Notes: generated from the letters alone by a model not told the origin. A stretch of 64,000 nucleotides of DNA from a virus (IMGVR_UViG_3300044638_008303:28545-92544); one strand, 5' to 3'. Counted from the first letter of the stretch, positions 1 through 8,992 are shown. Translations and numbers: made by a program.

Positions 1-569
1 GGTAACATTATTCTACGAAGAAAATTTGAAGTAAGAACGGCTCCAGCAGCAACTTTTGCACTATCTTCAAATCCTTTACTTAAATCATTTTTAGAAATAA
101 GAGCGTCCATACTATCAATCAAAAAATAATAACGAGTATTTTCTGGATTATTTTTAATAAGTTCTAGAATTAAAGTGGCGACATTTTCATATATATTAGA
201 GCGTAATACAAAACATGTACCTTTGTCCCATTTTTCTGGATCGTCTACAAAATTAACACCAGATATTTTTTTGACATTAGAATTAAGCCTTCCCTCCGCT
301 TTTACTAAAAAGCCTTTAGAATTAGGAACGGTTTTTAAAAAATTATTCATAATAAGCAAAGCGGAACTTGTTTTTCCCCCGCCGCTCACTCCTGTAAAAC
401 GAATAATTGCAGGAACCTCAAGTGTACCACCAAGTTCCGAATCTAAAAGAAGAGACCCGGTAGACACTTGAAAAACTTGTTCGTCTTCAAAATTATAATG
501 CGAATCTTTATTATCTTTAAGATGTGAAGATAATATACTTTTACCTGTTAGACTGTTTTCTTTTGCCAT
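1..569 (-). CDS. RecA/UvsX-like recombinase ATPase (3'-truncated by window edge; absent from ORF track)
   Basis: Manual translation from ATG at 569 gives MAKENSLTGK...VSTGSLLLDSELGG...RFTGVSGGGKTSSAL (Walker A)...YFLIDSMDAL (Walker B)...KVAAGAVLTSNFLRR, open to position 1. Confidence 0.85.
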   Translation of the reverse strand, partial: MAKENSLTGKSILSSHLKDNKDSHYNFEDEQVFQVSTGSLLLDSELGGTLEVPAIIRFTGVSGGGKTSSALLIMNNFLKTVPNSKGFLVKAEGRLNSNVKKISGVNFVDDPEKWDKGTCFVLRSNIYENVATLILELIKNNPENTRYYFLIDSMDALISKNDLSKGFEDSAKVAAGAVLTSNFLRRIML

Positions 570-901
570 AGATTTAGAAATTCTCTTAAGTTCAGAGCTT
601 TAACTAAATCATAACCTTCTTTGTCTTCAAAAGCAATATTATTATTTTCTATTTCAAACTTTTTTATTTCAGGTAAATTTAAATTAAATTTTTTATATTC
701 TTGATTTAAAAATTTACGCCCATCATCTGATAAAAACCAACACAAGCTATTTAATTTAAAATTTAATTCTAAACTATTCCAAAATTGTTCATTAGGAAAA
801 ATTTTAAATAAACTTTTGACCATTTTCATTTCTCTTGGCCAAATAATATTATTATTATCTTTTAATAATTTTTTAATAAAGTCTTTTTTATTTAGACTCA
901 T
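548..901 (-). CDS. hypothetical protein
   Basis: 117-aa ORF overlapping both neighbours in the operon; no recognisable motif. Confidence 0.6.
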   Translation of the reverse strand: MSLNKKDFIKKLLKDNNNIIWPREMKMVKSLFKIFPNEQFWNSLELNFKLNSLCWFLSDDGRKFLNQEYKKFNLNLPEIKKFEIENNNIAFEDKEGYDLVKALNLREFLNLWQKKTV

Positions 902-1085
902 ATTCGTTACAATGAATACATATATCGGGTTCTACTTTTAGAATATTTTTTTTATAACAAAAATACCCTTTAACTTCATAATTACCCCCTTGACAAGAAC
1001 ATCTTTGAACAGTTTTAGAAATTTCTTGTTCAGATCTATGTTTACATGTATCAAATTTTGATGGTAACTGTTGAACTTCACTCAT
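888..1085 (-). CDS. small Cys-rich, putative metal-binding protein
   Basis: 65 aa with six Cys (CKH, CSC, FC, CIHC); GTGTAA motif 9 nt upstream of the ATG. Confidence 0.6.
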   Translation of the reverse strand: MSEVQQLPSKFDTCKHRSEQEISKTVQRCSCQGGNYEVKGYFCYKKNILKVEPDICIHCNEYESK

Positions 1086-1094
1086 AAATATATT

Positions 1095-1100
1095 TTACAC
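1095..1100 (-). promoter_or_regulatory. GTGTAA putative late-promoter motif
   Basis: GTGTAAAATATATTT-ATG; the same hexamer recurs in most intergenic gaps of the morphogenesis region. Confidence 0.55.
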
Positions 1101-1114
1101 TTATTTTATAATTT

Positions 1115-1540
1115 TTAACCATATTCTTCATTTTCTTCATCTGGTGGTTCATAATTCCGTTCATTTTTTAGAGTAGTAATAAAAAAATTTTCTATTTTAC
1201 TTAAAACATTATTATATTTTTCCTGATATATTTCTGTACTTTCTGTTATTTCATCGTTATTTTGAAGTGCCGAATAGAATACATTTTTAGGGGAATTTAA
1301 AATATCATTAATAATTTTTAAATCTGAACTTGCTATATTTTGATGTGCAAATTTTTTCCATGTTTTAATAAATTCTTTATGAACGTGTTTCTCTTTAAAA
1401 TCATTTTCTTCATTAATATGATTTGCTATATAATTAAAACAAAAAAATAACATTGACCATTGTAAGTTTTGCATAAACTTAGTCTCCAATGTTTCATCCA
1501 TTGAATCACGTAGCTGTTTATGTATATCCTTATTTTTCAT
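1115..1540 (-). CDS. hypothetical protein
   Basis: 141-aa ORF coupled to the nrdJ stop (TAATG overlap). Confidence 0.6.
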   Translation of the reverse strand: MKNKDIHKQLRDSMDETLETKFMQNLQWSMLFFCFNYIANHINEENDFKEKHVHKEFIKTWKKFAHQNIASSDLKIINDILNSPKNVFYSALQNNDEITESTEIYQEKYNNVLSKIENFFITTLKNERNYEPPDEENEEYG

Positions 1541-3519
1541 TATTTAATCGGGCATGCGCCACCCTCACACTCAATGCCCTCCAATGCGTCATTACCAATA
1601 TTTTGATTTATGTTAATTACAGGTTTAACTTTAGCTTTTTTGATTTGATATATTTCTTTACTAATTTCTTCGTATGGGGCTTGTTTAAACCCATGTTTTT
1701 GCCTCAAAAGAAAACTAACTGATTTAATTCCATTTTCATAGTTTTCAGCAAGCCATTTTTTTAAATCATTGAGCTCTTCTTCACTATAATATGCTGTAAC
1801 ACTAACAGCATTATCTGACCAGACCTCTTGGAGTTTTTTAACCATTTCAAGTTGCTTAATAACTCCCATATCGTCTGCAAATAATGCACCATCAGGGGTT
1901 TCACATGGAAATTCTACGACAACGGTATCATGATTTTCAGACCCATCAAAATTAACAACATATTCAACATTATAACCAAGATCACGACAATAAGATACTA
2001 GCGCATCATTGCTTGCCATACGAACTCTCCGAATATAATATTTCGAATACGCTGGGTGTACACCTGGTGTAGATCCACCTAAAAGACTTAGGGTGCCGCT
2101 TGGTTTAATTGTAGTAAGTTTAATACTACGATTCCACCCACGTTCTTTACTCCATTCTTTATCAAATTTACGAAGTTCTTTATAACAAGAATCAAGCCAA
2201 TCAATTTTGTCAAGAGATTGACAAATACCAGTAACCCCTAATCCAAGACGCATATTTTTATGTACAATTTTATTTGTCTCTTCATGAATAAAAGGTAGGG
2301 CTGCAATCGCTTTTTGAGTTTTATATAAAAGTTTAGCACAAAGAATTAGTTCTTCTTTTGAGGAAATATTATTTAAATATAATTCAGAAAGATTACAGCA
2401 TTCATAAGAAGCTAGGCTAATTTCTCCACAAGGATTTGTCCCAACGACATTATCTTCATCGGTAGGATAAAGATTACTATCTTTCATAAGACCATCTTTA
2501 AGACGGCCATATTTTTGCGACAAAGGAAGGTTAAAAAATCCATAAGGCTCTCCTTTAGCAAAACCTGTTTCGCTATCTAATACATAACCATTACTCCATA
2601 TCTCATTTGAAATATGAGAGAAATCATCAGCATAAATTGTATTATTCGACATTGCTCTCCAGTTAGGAATATTTCCTAACGACCAATTTTTTGCACGTAA
2701 AAATAAGTAATCGTCTGGATCTCCAATAGCAATTTGTGCGCTACGGCGGACATTTCCAGAAACAACAATCCCACCAATGATATTACAAATATCAAGAACA
2801 TCAATAGAACGAAGTTTTTTCCCTTCTCTAGTTTGAAAAATTTTATTAATTTTATCGATACCTTCAATCAAAATTTGTGGACCGCTAGCAATACCACCAA
2901 ACCCACCAATACGCTCACCAGCCCCACGAATAAGAATTGTTGAATAATTAAAAGATTTACCTTTTACAAAAAAGGCTTCTAACACCCTCTCTAAAAGACG
3001 AATCCATCCTTCACGACTATCAGGAACAATAAAATCTGCATCTTTTGTATTTTTATGAACTATATTGACATCTTTTTTAATACGTGGTAACTCATGAATA
3101 TCTTCACGACGAATAGAGAAACCTACGCCACCACCAAGCATTAAATTTTCAAACAGAAAAAGAAATGAACGAATACTATTAATTGATACATTCCAGCAAT
3201 TAAGAAGAGAATTTGCTCCAAAACGTTCTACAGTTGGAGTCCCAAGTTGCCAAAGCATCCTTCCAGCAAAATTACATTTGAGATTAAAGATAAGATCAAA
3301 AAGTTGCTCAGCTTCTTCTTGAGTATAATTCGCTCCAATTTTTTGTGCGCCATTGATGCAACGACGAATAGTGTCTTGCCATTCTTCTGTCTTCCCATCT
3401 TCTTTAAGACGGGCATATGTTCTTTTATAAACAATGTATCCTAGTCCATTAAAACCCCAATTTGGTTGTTTGTTGCTATACTTGCTAGCAAATTTCTCTG
3501 TAATAATTTCTGTGTTCAT
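1540..3519 (-). CDS. nrdJ: class II (adenosylcobalamin-dependent) ribonucleoside-triphosphate reductase
   Basis: YKRTYAR, LLNC, GNVRRSAQIA, TNPCGEISL (thiyl-radical Cys), TTIKPSGTLSLL and C-terminal CEGGACPIK. Confidence 0.93.
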   Translation of the reverse strand: MNTEIITEKFASKYSNKQPNWGFNGLGYIVYKRTYARLKEDGKTEEWQDTIRRCINGAQKIGANYTQEEAEQLFDLIFNLKCNFAGRMLWQLGTPTVERFGANSLLNCWNVSINSIRSFLFLFENLMLGGGVGFSIRREDIHELPRIKKDVNIVHKNTKDADFIVPDSREGWIRLLERVLEAFFVKGKSFNYSTILIRGAGERIGGFGGIASGPQILIEGIDKINKIFQTREGKKLRSIDVLDICNIIGGIVVSGNVRRSAQIAIGDPDDYLFLRAKNWSLGNIPNWRAMSNNTIYADDFSHISNEIWSNGYVLDSETGFAKGEPYGFFNLPLSQKYGRLKDGLMKDSNLYPTDEDNVVGTNPCGEISLASYECCNLSELYLNNISSKEELILCAKLLYKTQKAIAALPFIHEETNKIVHKNMRLGLGVTGICQSLDKIDWLDSCYKELRKFDKEWSKERGWNRSIKLTTIKPSGTLSLLGGSTPGVHPAYSKYYIRRVRMASNDALVSYCRDLGYNVEYVVNFDGSENHDTVVVEFPCETPDGALFADDMGVIKQLEMVKKLQEVWSDNAVSVTAYYSEEELNDLKKWLAENYENGIKSVSFLLRQKHGFKQAPYEEISKEIYQIKKAKVKPVININQNIGNDALEGIECEGGACPIK

Positions 3520-3532
3520 CTTAGTATTATAA

Positions 3533-3561
3533 ATTATACATCAATATGATTTAAGTAGCAA
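3533..3561 (-). promoter_or_regulatory. sigma70-type promoter for nrdJ
   Basis: TTGCTA-17 nt-TATAAT. Confidence 0.6.
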
Positions 3562-3592
3562 AAAAATAAAAATTATCAAAATGAAAATTAAT

Positions 3593-3931
3593 TTATTGAA
3601 CAGTTTTTGGTGTATGGTTAAGATTACGTTTTTGTTTCCAGTCTTTAACATAACTTTTTTTAACTGGATCGTTTTTGCTACCACCGCGTTTTTCACTTAA
3701 TTCTTTTGAAAGATCCATCATTTCACCAAAAGTTCCCGCCTTATTAGTTTTATCCATAAAAGCTCGTTTAGAGTATGGATCTATATTTGCGTCAATACTA
3801 GCTTGTGGAACAACAAATTCCCTAGTCCATTTAAGACCTTCTTCATCAATATATATTTTTTCATCATTCATGTGAAAAAATATTTCACGAATTTCTCCAG
3901 AATTTGGATGGCTAAACAAATAATAAGGCAT
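3593..3931 (-). CDS. FmdB-like small regulatory protein (Cys-less variant)
   Basis: N-terminus MPYYLFSHPNSGEIREIFFHMND follows the MPxYxYxCxxCGxxFE FmdB pattern without the cysteines. Confidence 0.55.
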   Translation of the reverse strand: MPYYLFSHPNSGEIREIFFHMNDEKIYIDEEGLKWTREFVVPQASIDANIDPYSKRAFMDKTNKAGTFGEMMDLSKELSEKRGGSKNDPVKKSYVKDWKQKRNLNHTPKTVQ

Positions 3932-3934
3932 ACC

Positions 3935-4075
3935 TTATTTTACTTGTTTCTTATTATTTTTTCTAATTTGATAAGCTCTTGGAGACATTCTACGTAATTC
4001 ACCGTTTGGCATACGCATGTATTCTGTACCATCTTTAAATTTAATTTTTTCGCCAATATTTGTTATTGTTTCCAT
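3935..4075 (-). CDS. 46-aa basic hypothetical protein (below ORF-track threshold)
   Basis: METITNIGEKIKFKDGTEYMRMPNGELRRMSPRAYQIRKNNKKQVK*; fills the gap between neighbouring genes with 1-3 nt spacing. Confidence 0.65.
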   Translation of the reverse strand: METITNIGEKIKFKDGTEYMRMPNGELRRMSPRAYQIRKNNKKQVK

Positions 4076-4076
4076 A

Positions 4077-5168
4077 TTAAATATTTTTCATTATATCTAG
4101 AATCGAGTCTACCATTTTAGAATATGTAAATTGCTCTTGAAGTTTTAACCCTTCTGTATTAATAGGATTTTTTGTATAACGAGATTCTACTTCATCTAAC
4201 CCATTAAGGAAATCATTTTCATTCCAATCAAAAATATTGCCTTGATTAAATTCCATTCCAGGTTTAAAAAATATATTATCATAACATGGTATTTTTCCAT
4301 TTGGTTGGATTAATACTGCATTATCTTTATTCATCCAGTCTTTATATGCGTGAGCATTCAAACCTAAACAATGTTTTCCCAAAGCCACAGATTGAAATTC
4401 TGGTAACCCCCAGCCTTCTCCACCACTCATTGCTAAAACTATATCTATATTATTTAGCAAATCATTATACATTTCATTAGATGGCATATAATTTAAAAAA
4501 TTAATATTAAAATAATTTTTGCCATTTAAAGCCTGTCCAATTATTTGAGATTGTAAACTTGGATCTAGAAAATGATTAAATATAGCGCAATTTAAAGAAT
4601 ATTTTGGATTATTTCCATACTTTTGAGCCCACAAAGAAAGTGTTTTTAAATGACGTTTACGCTGAGGTTCTAATTTACCGAATAAACCAAATTGTATACT
4701 ATTATTATTTCTTTTTACAGATTTTTGAAAATGAGTAGAATCAAAAGCAAGCGGTATATAATCAACATTATTAAGACCTAGAGAGTGAAAGATTGATACT
4801 GCATAATTGCTAGATAACAAAACTTTTTCATTATTCTTTATAATATTGATTTCTGTTGCTGTTGGAGAATCTACTTCATAAAAAGATAACAAAACTTGTT
4901 TATTAGAAAAACTTTCAAGACTTCCAATAAAATGCCATAGTTTAAATATTGGGTTTTTTTTACTATGTTCTTTATAAGCGGAACTTATAGAAGACTGAAT
5001 CCAAGAAAAAAAATCTGGATCATTTTTTTGTGTATTAAAATCTACATTCCCACCTATTGGGAATAGGTTAATAGATAACTTTCTCTCATAGAGTTCTCTT
5101 AGAATTGAGAACGATACTTGTCCTAGAGATGTAGGATTTAATGGTAAATTAAAAGATAGTTTTGCCAC
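4077..5168 (-). CDS. glycosyltransferase, GT-B fold, GT4-like
   Basis: FGLFGKLEPQRK and SGGEGWGLPEFQSVALG, resembling the GT4 EgfglxxxEAmaxG motif. Confidence 0.8.
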   Translation of the reverse strand: MAKLSFNLPLNPTSLGQVSFSILRELYERKLSINLFPIGGNVDFNTQKNDPDFFSWIQSSISSAYKEHSKKNPIFKLWHFIGSLESFSNKQVLLSFYEVDSPTATEINIIKNNEKVLLSSNYAVSIFHSLGLNNVDYIPLAFDSTHFQKSVKRNNNSIQFGLFGKLEPQRKRHLKTLSLWAQKYGNNPKYSLNCAIFNHFLDPSLQSQIIGQALNGKNYFNINFLNYMPSNEMYNDLLNNIDIVLAMSGGEGWGLPEFQSVALGKHCLGLNAHAYKDWMNKDNAVLIQPNGKIPCYDNIFFKPGMEFNQGNIFDWNENDFLNGLDEVESRYTKNPINTEGLKLQEQFTYSKMVDSILDIMKNI

Positions 5169-5171
5169 GAA

Positions 5172-5474
5172 TTAGAATGGAATCTCTTCTGTTTTTTCTT
5201 CTTTAGAAACTTTAGAAGTTTCGTTATTTACTGTTGATTTTTTTTCTGTTTTTATTTCGGGTACTGCATTCTTTACAGGACCGTTGTCATAATAAATACG
5301 ATAATCTGGTTGATTAGAACCTTCAGTTTTATATTTATTTTTAAAAACAATTACGCTAATTTCTTCGCCAGATTTAGATTTAATCTTTCCAGTAAGGAAT
5401 TGATTTCCAGTTTTTGAGCTTTTAATCCAAAAAGCGCCAGCTTCTTCGAGTTTAGGTTTTTCGTTTGTATCCAT
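5172..5474 (-). CDS. DUF736-like putative ssDNA-binding protein with SSB-type acidic tail
   Basis: GAFWIKSSKTGNQFLTG...VFKN...NQPDYRI pattern; C-terminus EEIPF resembles the SSB tail DDDIPF. Confidence 0.65.
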   Translation of the reverse strand: MDTNEKPKLEEAGAFWIKSSKTGNQFLTGKIKSKSGEEISVIVFKNKYKTEGSNQPDYRIYYDNGPVKNAVPEIKTEKKSTVNNETSKVSKEEKTEEIPF

Positions 5475-5479
5475 AATCT

Positions 5480-6067
5480 TTATATATTAGAATAAATTGA
5501 TTTATTTGTCAATTTTTTTTTCGCAAAGTTTATAAATTTATTATGCCAATTTAAAACAGTTTGTGGCGTAACATTAAGAATTTCAGCAATTTCCGAATAA
5601 TTTAAAATTCGTTCTTTATTATGAAAATAACGATAGTAAATAGCGTTTTTTGTATTTGGATCAGTTATATCATTAAATAAATCTATAATTGTGTTTACTA
5701 ATTCTTTTTGGTTAGATAACTGATTTTTTTTATTTAAATCGTTTATAAAAAATTCTAAATGTTGATCTTCAATTGGTATTAATTTGGAATTTTTATTTTT
5801 AAAGTTTAAGCAAAAAAATCTAATTTGATTACCTAGCCATGTAGAAAATTTGCTTCCTTTTTGTGGATTAAAAGATTTTGCGGCGTTAAAAATAATCCAA
5901 TATTTATTATCGTTAAGTTCATTAAGATCAAGATTACATGAGGCGCAATATTTTTTCCCAATATTAAAAATCATTCCACCATGCTTATCGACTAATTTTT
6001 TTAAACTTTCATTGCATTGTTTATTAACGATTTTTTTTATTAATTTTTCATCATTATCTGATTTCAT
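5480..6067 (-). CDS. phage-encoded sigma70-family RNA polymerase sigma factor
   Basis: Region-2-like AAKSFNPQKGSKFSTWLGNQIR and region-4 HTH YSEIAEILNVTPQTVLNWH. ATG 6067 is preferred over the ORF-track TTG at 6103. Confidence 0.8.
   Translation of the reverse strand: MKSDNDEKLIKKIVNKQCNESLKKLVDKHGGMIFNIGKKYCASCNLDLNELNDNKYWIIFNAAKSFNPQKGSKFSTWLGNQIRFFCLNFKNKNSKLIPIEDQHLEFFINDLNKKNQLSNQKELVNTIIDLFNDITDPNTKNAIYYRYFHNKERILNYSEIAEILNVTPQTVLNWHNKFINFAKKKLTNKSIYSNI
5484..5512 (-). promoter_or_regulatory. sigma70-type promoter inside the 3' end of the sigma gene, driving the SSB/GT4 operon
   Basis: TTGACA-17 nt-TAATAT, 9 nt upstream of ATG 5474. Confidence 0.6.
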
Positions 6068-6111
6068 TTTATTCAAAATAATCGTTATTGATTTGAAAGT
6101 CAAACATTTTT

Positions 6112-6139
6112 TTGATTTCTTAAAAAAAGATAATATAAT
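6112..6139 (+). promoter_or_regulatory. sigma70-type promoter (rightward)
   Basis: TTGATT-16 nt-TATAAT at the strand-switch point. Confidence 0.45.
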
Positions 6140-6144
6140 TTTGT

Positions 6145-6187
6145 GAGCAAAGCGAACAAATCGAAGCCGAACAAAGTGAGGTTTCGA
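6145..6187 (+). other. GC-richer hairpin element with two GARCAAAGYGA boxes
   Basis: Stem TCGAAGCC (6161-6168) / GGTTTCGA (6180-6187); loop GAACAAAGTGA repeats the upstream GAGCAAAGCGA. Confidence 0.45.
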
Positions 6188-6205
6188 AATAAGAAATGTT
6201 CCTTT

Positions 6206-6233
6206 ACTTTAACTTTTTTTATAGTAATGTCAA
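6206..6233 (-). promoter_or_regulatory. sigma70-type promoter (leftward, toward the sigma gene)
   Basis: TTGACA-16 nt-TAAAGT on the minus strand. Confidence 0.4.
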
Positions 6234-6625
6234 GTTTATTTTTAATTTTACTCTGTTGTTTAGGGGCCTTAATAATACATTTATGGTTTTATTCTGATTT
6301 TGTAGCATACTATGTTAGAACATTTAAAATTTTAATACCAGTTAAAATCTATAATTGGCTATTAATAGATGAATATTTAAATAACCAAGATCCAGATTTA
6401 TTCTTTGATAGTTACATTGAATATCTTTTTGTAAAACGATCTTTTGCAAAATCTTTTAAAACAAAATTTTTTCTAAAACTTTTTTCATGTATAACATGTT
6501 TTACTGTATGGATTTCTATAATTATATCTGTAATATATGGTAACATGATGTATGTAGGTCTAATTTTTATTCTTTTACGTCTTTTAGATTATATTCTTAG
6601 ATTTGTTTTAAAAAAGAAAATATAA
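6227..6625 (+). CDS. membrane protein with CxxC, DUF1360-like
   Basis: Hydrophobic helices and LKLFSCITCFTVW, like DUF1360 LLxCxxCxxVW. ATG 6227 is preferred over GTG 6143. Confidence 0.55.
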   Translation: MSSLFLILLCCLGALIIHLWFYSDFVAYYVRTFKILIPVKIYNWLLIDEYLNNQDPDLFFDSYIEYLFVKRSFAKSFKTKFFLKLFSCITCFTVWISIIISVIYGNMMYVGLIFILLRLLDYILRFVLKKKI

Positions 6626-6626
6626 T
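6598..6626 (+). promoter_or_regulatory. sigma70-type promoter, leaderless
   Basis: TAGATT-17 nt-TATAAT, 4 nt before ATG 6631. Confidence 0.5.
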
Positions 6627-6630
6627 ATAC

Positions 6631-7065
6631 ATGAAAAAATTAGATTTTTGTAAACCAACTAAATCTGTTACTGGATCATGGATAACTTTTGGACTAACCC
6701 AGGATCAAGAAGATCAAAAAAAGAACGGGTTTTATGTAAACATGATTCGTCAAGCTGGATGGAATAATGAGACTAAAAATGGAACATTTAAAGAAAACGT
6801 TAATAACCCAGAAAAACATAAAAGAATTAAACTTAGTGAAAATGATATTGCTGAAACTCTTTTAGTATTAGGATCAAATGGAGAAAAAAAATGGTCAACA
6901 GTCCATGCTGGAAAAACGCCTATTTTTGTAGAGCCTTTTATTCGTGAAGAAAAACATGTTGGCTATCTAATTAAATTAGGTGGAATTAGTATTGCGTTAA
7001 ATTTTGCAGAAACTCTTCGTCTTCAAGAATATTTAAAATTGACTTTACAACAAATGTATTTATAA
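6631..7065 (+). CDS. hypothetical protein, possibly Whirly/PC4-fold ssDNA-binding
   Basis: Two beta-rich plus helix repeats ending IKLSENDIAETL and ISIALNFAETLRLQEYL, reminiscent of Whirly repeats. Confidence 0.5.
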   Translation: MKKLDFCKPTKSVTGSWITFGLTQDQEDQKKNGFYVNMIRQAGWNNETKNGTFKENVNNPEKHKRIKLSENDIAETLLVLGSNGEKKWSTVHAGKTPIFVEPFIREEKHVGYLIKLGGISIALNFAETLRLQEYLKLTLQQMYL

Positions 7066-7074
7066 TACATTAAT

Positions 7075-8991
7075 ATGCGTAAAAAAAGAGTTTTATTTTT
7101 GACAGATTATGCTGGAGCGTTTACTGGCTTTGGTAAACAATGTAAACTACTTTTAACATATTTATATAAAACAGGTAAATATGAGATATTAAATGCCGCA
7201 CAAGGAACTCCTAAACATGGTGCGCATACAACTAAATTTCCATGGAAAACTGTAGGGGTCCTTCCAGATGACCCACAACAAATACAACAAATTAATCAAG
7301 ACCCAAATTTAGCAAGAAATGCTGCTTATGGAGCTTTAGAAATTAATAATATTGTTAAAGAATTTAAACCAGATGTTATTTTCTCAGTTAACGACACTTG
7401 GGGCTCTCAGTTTGTAGTTGACATGCCATTTTTTAATAAAATAACTACTGTTTGTTGGAATACATTTGACTCCTTACCCTTGCTTCCAGACACCATAGAA
7501 AAAGCACCAAAAATTAAACATTATTGGACATGGAGTGATTTCGCAAGGAAAGAATTGCATAAACATAATTTTAATCATGTTCAAAATCAATATCCATTAG
7601 TTAATACAGATAGTTTTTATAAGCTACCAGATTCAAAAATATCTGAAATTAAAAATCGTTTTGGTTTACCTCTAGATTCTTTTATTATAGGTTTTGTTTT
7701 TAGAAACCAACTAAGAAAATTAATAAATACCCAAATCGAAGCATATGCGTTATTCAAAAAACATAATCCAGAAATAAAAAATACATTTTTATATACACAT
7801 ACTCATTATGGAGAAGGATGGGATATTCATAGATTATGCCAACAATATGGAGTAGATCCCAAAGAAGTTCTTTGTACGTATATATGCAAAGAAACTCGTC
7901 AATATTTTATTGCCCCATTCCATGGTCAAGATGTCGAAAACCCCGTTACCAAAAAGAAAACTTTAATTACTGCAAACGTAGGACTTGGAGTTACAGATGA
8001 GCAATTAAATGAAATTTATAATATATTTTCTTTGTATTCCCATCCAGCAACATCTGGAGCTTGCGAATTACCATGTGTTGAAGCGGCTTTAACAGAAAAA
8101 ATTATTACAACTGCCCCATATTCTTTTGGCGAAGATATTATTGAAAATAATAAAGGAAGTATCGCCATGAAATTTACTTTTTATACAGAACATGGTACAC
8201 AATTTCTAAAATCCCAACCATCAGCTTACGAACTTTCTAAAATTTTCAAAAAAGTTTATGAAATGAAGCCGCAGCTTAAATATCAAATGGAGCAAGAGTC
8301 AAGAAAGTGGGCTTTAGAAAATTATGGAATAGAAGTTAATGGAAAAAGAATCGAAAATTTTATAGATGAACAGTTAATTTTAGAAGAAGAAATTTTCAAT
8401 TTTTCAGAAAGTAAAAATAATCCAAACCCAAATGCGAAAGTAGAAGATAACGCTGATAATAAAGAATGGGTAAAATCATTATATAAACTAATTTTAGATA
8501 GAGATATTTTAGACCAAGACGAAGGACTTATTCATTGGCTTCAAAAACTTGAGCAAAATGTTTCAAAAGATCAAATCGAAAATTATTTTAGACAAGTCGC
8601 TAAAGAAGATCTTGCTAAAAATAACCCTGTAAATTTTGAAGATATTTTAGATAAAGATGATGCTGGACGTAGAGCTTTAATCGTTATTCCCGAAAGTATC
8701 GGTGACGTATTTATGATAACAAGTCTTTTTGAATCGTTCAAAAATGTATATCCTGATTATCATTTATATATAGCTACAAAACAAGAATATTTTGATATTT
8801 TAATTGCCAATCCATACGTACATAAAGTTATTCCATATGTACCACAAATGGACAATCTAATGTGGCTTGAAGGCGCTGGAGAACATAAAGGATTTTTCGA
8901 AATAGCCTTTTTGCCACATATTGGAACTCAAAGAATTTTAAATTATTTACATAATGGTAAAGATATTATAGAATTTGATATAAAAAAATAA
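7075..8991 (+). CDS. multidomain glycosyltransferase: GT4 + DUF4214-like helical domain + N-terminal half of a GT9
   Basis: GT4 motifs TGFGK, IIGFVFRNQLRK and SGACELPCVEAAL; DUF4214-like WVKSLYKLILDR...EGLIHW; GT9 N-domain-like LIVIPESIGDVFMITSLFESFKNVYPD...ILIANPYVHKVI. Confidence 0.8.
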   Translation: MRKKRVLFLTDYAGAFTGFGKQCKLLLTYLYKTGKYEILNAAQGTPKHGAHTTKFPWKTVGVLPDDPQQIQQINQDPNLARNAAYGALEINNIVKEFKPDVIFSVNDTWGSQFVVDMPFFNKITTVCWNTFDSLPLLPDTIEKAPKIKHYWTWSDFARKELHKHNFNHVQNQYPLVNTDSFYKLPDSKISEIKNRFGLPLDSFIIGFVFRNQLRKLINTQIEAYALFKKHNPEIKNTFLYTHTHYGEGWDIHRLCQQYGVDPKEVLCTYICKETRQYFIAPFHGQDVENPVTKKKTLITANVGLGVTDEQLNEIYNIFSLYSHPATSGACELPCVEAALTEKIITTAPYSFGEDIIENNKGSIAMKFTFYTEHGTQFLKSQPSAYELSKIFKKVYEMKPQLKYQMEQESRKWALENYGIEVNGKRIENFIDEQLILEEEIFNFSESKNNPNPNAKVEDNADNKEWVKSLYKLILDRDILDQDEGLIHWLQKLEQNVSKDQIENYFRQVAKEDLAKNNPVNFEDILDKDDAGRRALIVIPESIGDVFMITSLFESFKNVYPDYHLYIATKQEYFDILIANPYVHKVIPYVPQMDNLMWLEGAGEHKGFFEIAFLPHIGTQRILNYLHNGKDIIEFDIKK

Positions 8992-8992
8992 T

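Noticed and set aside
3520-3592. Cobalamin riboswitch upstream of nrdJ, or an intein within it
   Set aside because: The gap is only 73 nt and almost all A/T; the protein has ordinary length and no intein motifs.
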